Below, one piece after another: positions 57,734 to 64,000 of a DNA stretch of 64,000 nucleotides. A model generated the notes under the pieces. That model searched no databases. It worked only from the letters and a program-made list of their open reading frames with translations, and was not told where the DNA came from. Each line of letters begins with the position of its first letter. The stretch's first letter is position 1. The stretch is taken from positions 147,187 through 211,186 of the forward strand of contig CAZEEI010000001.1 in the NCBI GenBank assembly GCA_964511175.1, read 5' to 3'. The DNA is from an uncultured Pseudomonadales bacterium (lineage in GTDB: Bacteria; Patescibacteriota; Microgenomatia; UBA1400; UBA1396). Made by a program: the position numbers and the translations under genes.

Positions 57734-58274
57734 AGTAGAACCGATCCAACAAACTATTAACGATAAGTTTTAAGGCCTCTTGGAAAAAAGTAGGACTAAT
57801 GAGTAGCACTGCCACTAAAGAACCGCCGGCAATCACAATCGACAGCCACTTAGTGTACGTTCCGTAGGTTCTAAAGACGAGAATGACTGACAGGACAGCG
57901 GTTAAGAGTGGTCCAAAAACCTTGATGTCACCCAGCGGCAAGGTATAACCGGCAATGTATTTTTCTGATTCGCCAAAGAAGTTGGCCAGATCATAGTTAA
58001 CGCCAAAAAGAATGAGGATAAGCTCAAGGACAATAATACCCAACAGCATGATCGAGCTAATCTTGGTGGAAGCCCCCTCTTCCGTGCGAATTACTTCGTA
58101 GATAACGGCCGGTAGGAGGAAAAACAAAGCTAAAAAAGCGCTGTGTAGGACTAGGGCCAGCATGCTCCCAATTACGGCGATGACGGTTACTACCAGGCAA
58201 ACATCAAAGGGTTTAAGGGAGTTAAGATCGAATTTACCTTTCGCGGTTGGTTGAGTTTTTTCCATATAGATCAA
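57723..58274 (-). CDS. membrane protein
   Basis: 4-5 TM helices. Confidence 0.45.
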   Translation of the reverse strand: MIYMEKTQPTAKGKFDLNSLKPFDVCLVVTVIAVIGSMLALVLHSAFLALFFLLPAVIYEVIRTEEGASTKISSIMLLGIIVLELILILFGVNYDLANFFGESEKYIAGYTLPLGDIKVFGPLLTAVLSVILVFRTYGTYTKWLSIVIAGGSLVAVLLISPTFFQEALKLIVNSLLDRFYYAY

Positions 58275-58276
58275 TC

Positions 58277-59335
58277 CTAATTTTTATTTTTTAGAGCGTC
58301 AATGACCGTTGTTAAGATTAGGCTGACTTGTTCGCGGTTGGCGTAGCCTTCGTTGGCGAGGGTACTGGCTACCGGGATCAAGTGCTTAGTGGTGTACATT
58401 TTCCCTTCAACCTTTTCTTTTTCCACGTAAGTGTCGGTTTTAGTTAGGCTTTCGTGGAAAGTTTTACCACTGGGCAGCACGTTTAGCATGGATAATAAAT
58501 CGCCCATTAATACATAGCGTCCTACCTGGATGGCCAAGCAACTTTTGATTTTTTTGGCCGGTGGTTCTGGTTTGGGTTTTTGCGGCAGTACGCCTTTACC
58601 GGCTAAGGGGTCAAAGCCACCTCCCTGAAACTTACTTTTATCCGGTACGTATTTTGGTTTTTTCTTAGCCTCTTCTTGCCGAAGATACTCTGGGTTATCC
58701 ATTTCCGTGACCACCGCGGGGTAGCCCAGCACCGTGCCTAGAGAAGTTTTCATACCGGCGACGACGGTTTGATCTTTGTATTCGGCCGTTGCTTTTTTTA
58801 ACATGGCCTTGACGCTTGCTAGCTGTTCGGCGGGAATATGCTGTTTAACTTGTTCATTGTCAAGGTAACTGGTTAATTTACCATCGCTGCCGGGAAGTTT
58901 GAGATCGCCAAAGCCGCCCGTACGAAGAGCTAACTGTTGTTCCAGAGCCTGTTTGGCCCCGGCCGCATCTTCATAGCGGGTGATGGTGAAAAAAGCCAAA
59001 ACATCGTATTTTTCATCCCGCAGCTTATTAAATTGTTGACGCAAGTTTGCTACATCGGTGGGGGTATAACCCTTCATCCAGCCGGACTCGGCCATTTTAG
59101 TCATGCCTTCAAAGAATTTGGTCATGGTGCCCCGTGGGGTAATACCATGGACGGACACAGTTTCGCCGTCTACCGTAGCGGTGGGGTTGCCGCTAGTCAA
59201 GAGTGGGTTGGCCTGGTTTTCGGGATCCAGATGGCCGAGTTTAAAAGCGACTTGTACCTCAGTGCTTTCCCGTGAAATCTCTGCCCATCCTTTGGGTAAC
59301 CAGTTACTGGCCAGAGCAACGGCCAGTTTACTCAC
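58277..59335 (-). CDS. hypothetical protein
   Basis: 352-aa ORF, operonic with neighbours. Confidence 0.45.
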   Translation of the reverse strand: MSKLAVALASNWLPKGWAEISRESTEVQVAFKLGHLDPENQANPLLTSGNPTATVDGETVSVHGITPRGTMTKFFEGMTKMAESGWMKGYTPTDVANLRQQFNKLRDEKYDVLAFFTITRYEDAAGAKQALEQQLALRTGGFGDLKLPGSDGKLTSYLDNEQVKQHIPAEQLASVKAMLKKATAEYKDQTVVAGMKTSLGTVLGYPAVVTEMDNPEYLRQEEAKKKPKYVPDKSKFQGGGFDPLAGKGVLPQKPKPEPPAKKIKSCLAIQVGRYVLMGDLLSMLNVLPSGKTFHESLTKTDTYVEKEKVEGKMYTTKHLIPVASTLANEGYANREQVSLILTTVIDALKNKN

Positions 59336-60158
59336 AGTATTCCTGCTCCTCTACACCAGCCTCGTTGAAAGCGTAGGTGCACTGGCGGTCGTTCTTTTTA
59401 ACTTGAGCGCCAATTGGCAAGTAACGACCATCCGTTTTTTGGAAAACAATTGAGCTGTCCTCCGGCTGATCGATTACCATACACACCTTCATACCAGTGA
59501 CATCGTCAGTAGTTTCATACCCGGTGGCTTCCCAGCAACAGGTTTCGTAACCAATGCCACCCAGCGTGATCCTCTCCTTGCCGGTGACGGTAACTTTTCC
59601 CTGAACGGACTGATAGAACGTGCCAGTTTTGCATTCCCGTAGTTCCTGGTTGTCTGGTTCAGAAGAAGTATCCTCTCCTTCTCCGCCCGTTCCCTCTTCC
59701 GGATTAGCGCCCCCACCACCATTGCCATTTTCGGCGAAAGAATCCTCAAAGGACTTCTTTAGTTCAACTGCACCGGTCTCACAAGCTTTTTTGTCTGGAG
59801 CCTTTTGGCACAGGCTGAGGTCATTAAAAGAAACGGCGATCAGGGCATAACATTCCGTGCTACCGTTGAGCTGGCAGGTGGCCAGTCCCTCCTCTTTGCT
59901 TTGGACAGTTGAACCCGGCGGCAGACCGGGTACTTGTCCACCCATTTTCTGCCAAGCCTCCAGTGGGTTTCCCGCCGCCGACTTCCCCCCAACCAAATTC
60001 TGGAGGGCGGCAATACCGGTAAGGACTTGATGATTAATTCTGGATTTAACAAAGGAATAACCAAACGCCCCCACGAAGGCTAAAACAACAATAATCACTC
60101 CTAAACTAAGCACCAATTTATTAGGAGAGGTTGATGAATTTTTGCCGGATTTTTTCAT
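59328..60158 (-). CDS. membrane-anchored Cys-containing extracytoplasmic protein
   Basis: N-terminal TM anchor, Gly-rich linker, multiple Cys. Confidence 0.45.
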   Translation of the reverse strand: MKKSGKNSSTSPNKLVLSLGVIIVVLAFVGAFGYSFVKSRINHQVLTGIAALQNLVGGKSAAGNPLEAWQKMGGQVPGLPPGSTVQSKEEGLATCQLNGSTECYALIAVSFNDLSLCQKAPDKKACETGAVELKKSFEDSFAENGNGGGGANPEEGTGGEGEDTSSEPDNQELRECKTGTFYQSVQGKVTVTGKERITLGGIGYETCCWEATGYETTDDVTGMKVCMVIDQPEDSSIVFQKTDGRYLPIGAQVKKNDRQCTYAFNEAGVEEQEYCE

Positions 60159-60290
60159 ACGCTACCCTTTCTTACTATGTTGTCAGTGATTAAAACACAC
60201 TCACAAAAAAGAACTACGCATTCAGTATAAAGTGTTATATATTAAAGATAAAGTCATTAGCAAAACATTTTGCTAGTTAAGGAGGCGAGT

Positions 60291-60767
60291 ATGTTGGATT
60301 TTTTAACCGGAAAGCCAGCGGTTAAATATATGGACCAGGTGGGTCAAGTATTTAAGCAGATTCCGCATCTACCTAAAGAAATTGTTAACTTGTTGGTTAG
60401 TGTTGTTCCTTGGTTAGCTCTTTTAGGTGGAGTTTTGGGGGCGATTGGGGCAGTGACCACAGTTTTGGGTGGGTCGGCAGTGTATCGAGCCAGTTGGATG
60501 ATGGCCGGAGTTGGTTCTGGCTACTCCCTCTACATAATCATTGCCGCCGTTTTTTCCGCTGTTATGGCAGCCTTGCTGCTCATGGCTTTTGCTCCGCTCA
60601 AGGACAAAAAAGCAGCCGGTTGGGCTTTCCTGTTTTGGGCTAACGTAATCAGTATTGCCCAAAATTTGGTTGGTCTAGTGCTTTGGCACGGTAGTATCGT
60701 TGGCATCATTCTAAGTGTTGCCATCGGTCTTTACCTGCTCTACGAAGTCCGGCCAATGTACAAATAA
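60291..60767 (+). CDS. membrane protein
   Basis: RBS AAGGAGG before ATG at 60291; 4 TM helices. Confidence 0.45.
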   Translation: MLDFLTGKPAVKYMDQVGQVFKQIPHLPKEIVNLLVSVVPWLALLGGVLGAIGAVTTVLGGSAVYRASWMMAGVGSGYSLYIIIAAVFSAVMAALLLMAFAPLKDKKAAGWAFLFWANVISIAQNLVGLVLWHGSIVGIILSVAIGLYLLYEVRPMYK

Positions 60768-60830
60768 ATGTACTGATTTCAACAACGCCCCCCATATCCA
60801 TGGGGGGCGTTTTGTTAACTGTCGCTATTT

Positions 60831-61793
60831 TTATCTGTGCCAGGTAATAACATTCTGATGCAGCAGTATTTCGGTACCCAAAAATAAGATGTAGAGTATT
60901 AGCAGAACCGATCCTTCCCAGCGGGATACCGAGTTCTTAGTTCTGGCAAAGTAGTAAAAAGCCAACAAACCGACAATGAGAAAAAGCAGGCTTACCAGAT
61001 AGCTGTTAGTTAAAAAGACAGGCTTATCGTAAATAAACGTTAACAAACCAAGCAGGAAAGTATTGAAAGCCGCTGACCCAACGTAATCACCAAAGGCAAC
61101 TTGGTGGTTCCGCATGCCGGCTGAACGAACAGCTAGGGATAATTCGGGTACATTAGTCCCAATCGCAATTAAAAGCAAACTGATTAAGAACGGCGAAACC
61201 CGCAGGAGGTCAGAAAAATAGAGAGTTTGCTCCACTACAAAGCGGCTGGCTACAAAGATTGTTAACACACCGAACAGGATTTTTAATAATTCCTTACCAA
61301 TTCTAATACCTGATTGTTTATTAAAACGCTTGAGGCGTTCAATCAATCCCTGCTTGGCCTGAACGCTGATTAAAAGACAACCAAAGAATAATAAGGCAAT
61401 AACACTGTCGGTTCTACTTACTCTTCCGTCCATGGCCAAAATAACCGGCAGAGCAATCACTACCAAGGAGGCCGGCAGATTAAATCCTTGGAACTCAGGA
61501 GTAATACGGATCGATTTTCCCGCGATAGCTAAAATCGGGATAATCAGCATAAAAATGACGATGGAAGCGCCAATGAGGTTACCTACGTAAATTTCGGGGT
61601 CACTCGCCAAAATAGCATTAATTCCCACCGACAGCTCGCTAATCGAGGTGAAAAAACCAAGCACCACAAAAGATACCGCAAACGAAGAAACCCGCAGAGT
61701 CCGCGACAACCGCTCCACCGACTTAACGGCTAGGCCTGATCCTACCCAGATGCCGGCAAAAGATAAAAGGTAGATGAGCAGGTGAACTAGCAT
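60831..61793 (-). CDS. Na+/Ca2+ exchanger (CaCA family, YrbG-like)
   Basis: Two alpha-repeat regions (GNLIGASIV..., GTNVPEL). Confidence 0.75.
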   Translation of the reverse strand: MLVHLLIYLLSFAGIWVGSGLAVKSVERLSRTLRVSSFAVSFVVLGFFTSISELSVGINAILASDPEIYVGNLIGASIVIFMLIIPILAIAGKSIRITPEFQGFNLPASLVVIALPVILAMDGRVSRTDSVIALLFFGCLLISVQAKQGLIERLKRFNKQSGIRIGKELLKILFGVLTIFVASRFVVEQTLYFSDLLRVSPFLISLLLIAIGTNVPELSLAVRSAGMRNHQVAFGDYVGSAAFNTFLLGLLTFIYDKPVFLTNSYLVSLLFLIVGLLAFYYFARTKNSVSRWEGSVLLILYILFLGTEILLHQNVITWHR

Positions 61794-61856
61794 ATGTTTG
61801 CCTGATTGGAGTATAGCAAAGGCAAGGTTTCTTTGGCCGCACTTTTCTCTAAATCG

Positions 61857-63704
61857 CTAATCGCCGGCCGAACAATCCTGAGAACAATTTTCCTGGTTCT
61901 CTCCTAATTTTGGTTCACAATAACTATTACCACAACTGTCTTCAGTTATAGATCGATCCTGCTGTTCCGTTGCCGGTTTGGACTTAAAAATATTTTTAAA
62001 GAAATCAACAATCTTTTCCCAAAAATTCATTTTTTGCACCAACCGGGTGACAATTGAGTTATTTTCAACATTAATATTATTGTTTTGTCTGACTTGATCT
62101 TCTGGCACCGGTTCGATCACCGGCTTGCAGGGAAAAACTTTACCCGCTTGATCTTTATTAAAGCTTTCAAAAAAGTAAGTCGAACCAGAAGTGCCGGTGG
62201 CAACATACTGGCCGTTGGCCGACACATCAATTTCCCCAATATATTCTGCCAAAACAACTTCTTGGTGGAAGTTTTTATCTAGTGGATGATAGACATGAAC
62301 TTTACTGTCTGATCCACCAACAGCCAGCACTGCACCATCATCACTAATCCCCACTGCTCCTAAAGCACCTCGTAAATTCCAATTGGCCACCGGACGACTG
62401 GAGTCTTGGTTAAAAACATAAATCTGGCCATTCATTGTGGCGGCACCAATTTGTTGACCATTATTAGTTATTGCCAAAGCCCGGATCGAACTACCGCCCG
62501 GAGTGTTAAATCGCCATACCGGCTCGGGCGAGTCGTTGGTTAAAAGCACGAGTCCACCGCCATCTGATTCTAGACCAAACGCTGCCGATTTACCGTCCCC
62601 GGTAATCTGGGCTTCATCTACTGGTGAATCGCGCGTAAGCATTTCAGTCTTAACCAGTGGTTGGTTAGTGTTGCGGGAGAAAATATAAGCCCGTCTATCC
62701 GGACAGCCGGTAGCGGCCGCTAAAAACTCGCCGTTATCCGACAGCGAAACTTCGTGAAAATTTCCCGTGGCGTGGTATTGCCACAAAGGTTTATTGGATT
62801 TTTCCTGCCACAAAATTACCAGATTAGAATTTGGGTCAGACTCGGTGCCGGCCGTACCGGCTGCTAGATATTTGCCGTCTTTAGAAATAGTTACACTGTA
62901 AGCGCTATTGTTGCCGACACTGGCCTGCCAAATAGGTTGATTGGACTTTTTGCCAAATAATAGAATCTGACTACCAATAGCCGCGGCAATTTTTTCGCCA
63001 TCACCGGAGATAGCGACCCCACCTTTAACGTCACCACCAATTTCTGCTCCAATGGTTGATTCGTAAACCCAGAGTGGCTGAGATTGGTCGGTGGTAAACA
63101 GATAGACCTTACGGCTACTTTGTGCTGCCAGATACCTACCATCAGCGGATAAAGCTATGCCACCCACCCATTCCTCCCCCACCGGATAACTCCAGATTTT
63201 TGCGCCACTGTGGCCATCGATCAAGACGATTTCGTTATCTTTAAAATCACCCTCAAACAGCACTGGTCCATTATCTGGTGAATCAATAATGGAAGTTCGG
63301 GTTTTACCTAGACCATTGGAAGCCTCAAAGTAGTAAAAATTAGAGCCTAATTTATTAGGGACAAACTGGTATTCATAGCGCACGCCTTGCTGGTAATTAG
63401 TGTTTTCGGAGTCGGCGCTTTTTAAATCGAGCATTTTACCGTTGAAGTACATTCTTACATATTCTGGTGGTCGACCCTCACGATCACGGTAAACCACCGA
63501 ATAGGTGTACCGCTGACAGACTGGACCCCAAAAGGGATAAACATGACCGTCGGATAGTTCAGGGTCATTGGCAGTTTTGGGTAGTTTGGGAATTAAATTG
63601 CTCGCGGGAACTTTGTCTTCGGCCAAAGCCAAACTAGGGATCAATGCCAGGAAAATCAGCGGCAGAAGCAGGAGGGATAAAACGCAACGCCAACGCATCC
63701 CTTC
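61857..63704 (-). CDS. secreted beta-propeller repeat protein (PQQ/WD40-like)
   Basis: Signal peptide; repeated YLAAG/YVATG/FLAAAT blades. Confidence 0.5.
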   Translation of the reverse strand, partial: EGMRWRCVLSLLLLPLIFLALIPSLALAEDKVPASNLIPKLPKTANDPELSDGHVYPFWGPVCQRYTYSVVYRDREGRPPEYVRMYFNGKMLDLKSADSENTNYQQGVRYEYQFVPNKLGSNFYYFEASNGLGKTRTSIIDSPDNGPVLFEGDFKDNEIVLIDGHSGAKIWSYPVGEEWVGGIALSADGRYLAAQSSRKVYLFTTDQSQPLWVYESTIGAEIGGDVKGGVAISGDGEKIAAAIGSQILLFGKKSNQPIWQASVGNNSAYSVTISKDGKYLAAGTAGTESDPNSNLVILWQEKSNKPLWQYHATGNFHEVSLSDNGEFLAAATGCPDRRAYIFSRNTNQPLVKTEMLTRDSPVDEAQITGDGKSAAFGLESDGGGLVLLTNDSPEPVWRFNTPGGSSIRALAITNNGQQIGAATMNGQIYVFNQDSSRPVANWNLRGALGAVGISDDGAVLAVGGSDSKVHVYHPLDKNFHQEVVLAEYIGEIDVSANGQYVATGTSGSTYFFESFNKDQAGKVFPCKPVIEPVPEDQVRQNNNINVENNSIVTRLVQKMNFWEKIVDFFKNIFKSKPATEQQDRSITEDSCGNSYCEPKLGENQENCSQDCSAGD

Positions 63705-63807
63705 CATTGAATCACGGTGTTCTCCAGATAGCAAGCTTAATTAACCAGTTAAAAAATACAAAAAAGTTTGATTCGTATCCATATTTCTAATTATGCCAAA
63801 ATGTAGT

Positions 63808-64000
63808 ATGGTAAAGATTGTGATAACTTTTTGGCGCAAGTTATTAATCTGTTTCCTGGGTGTTAGTTTGCTTTTGTTTTTCCGTGGAGGATTGGTTTTG
63901 GCGGCAGAACCCCCTCGCGTGGTTCGGGTGGGCGTCTATGAGAACAAGCCAAAAATTTACCGGGACGAGAACGGCAAAGTAACCGGATTGTTTGGCGATA
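63808..64000 (+). CDS. partial: signal peptide plus substrate-binding (SBP_bac_3-like) N-terminus of a larger sensor protein
   Basis: ATG at 63808, hydrophobic signal, VVRVGVYENKPKIYRDENGKVTG; runs off the window end. Confidence 0.4.
   Translation, partial: MVKIVITFWRKLLICFLGVSLLLFFRGGLVLAAEPPRVVRVGVYENKPKIYRDENGKVTGLFGD

Noticed and set aside
1-64000. tRNA / rRNA genes
   Set aside because: Intergenic regions were scanned for T-loop (GGTTCGAATCC-like) and anticodon-stem patterns, and none was convincing. The longest non-coding gaps are occupied by the repeat elements described. A proper tRNAscan would be needed to exclude them fully.

Overview
The window reads as a gene-dense bacterial chromosomal segment of about 50% GC with mostly short intergenic gaps, no rRNA or tRNA genes that I could find, and no CRISPR array. 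The coding content is a mixture of small-genome anaerobic housekeeping genes and accessory material. Recognisable housekeeping genes include Fe/Mn superoxide dismutase, Fpg, Hsp20 with a CIRCE operator, transketolase, dCTP deaminase, peptide deformylase, a DEAD-box helicase, a P-type ATPase, TspO, a CaCA antiporter, an OmpR/histidine-kinase pair and a MacAB-like ABC exporter. A fermentative module is present: a 2-oxoacid:ferredoxin oxidoreductase alpha and beta subunit operon with flavodoxin, plus an ADP-forming acetyl-CoA synthetase. The accessory content is unusually large. There are three separate tandem arrays of small, highly diverged paralogous ORFs: five copies at 14047-17073, three membrane-protein copies at 19990-22270 (one carrying an in-frame TAG), and four copies at 33868-35478. 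There is also a paralog pair flanking an HxlR regulator. HicAB and Doc toxin-antitoxin genes, an AT-rich NYN nuclease gene, an ATP-grasp ligase with an overlapping C39-like peptidase gene and an adjacent Cys-rich membrane peptide, a truncated [FeFe]-hydrogenase H-domain-like protein, and a five-gene envelope glycosylation cluster containing a sharply AT-rich gene are also present. Non-coding signals include tandem clusters of a GGTC(A/T)GACC palindromic repeat with 18-bp periodicity at three promoter-proximal sites, a roughly 55-bp conserved intergenic element present twice, a chimeric hicB/flavodoxin 5-prime relic marking an illegitimate recombination junction, and extended -10 promoters abutting start codons (leaderless mRNAs). 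The organism is probably a small-genome anaerobe, possibly of the Patescibacteria type, but that is inference only. I consider the five-copy paralog array with embedded HicAB and the rearrangement relic the best candidate for an undescribed system, followed by the ATP-grasp/C39/Cys-rich-peptide module.
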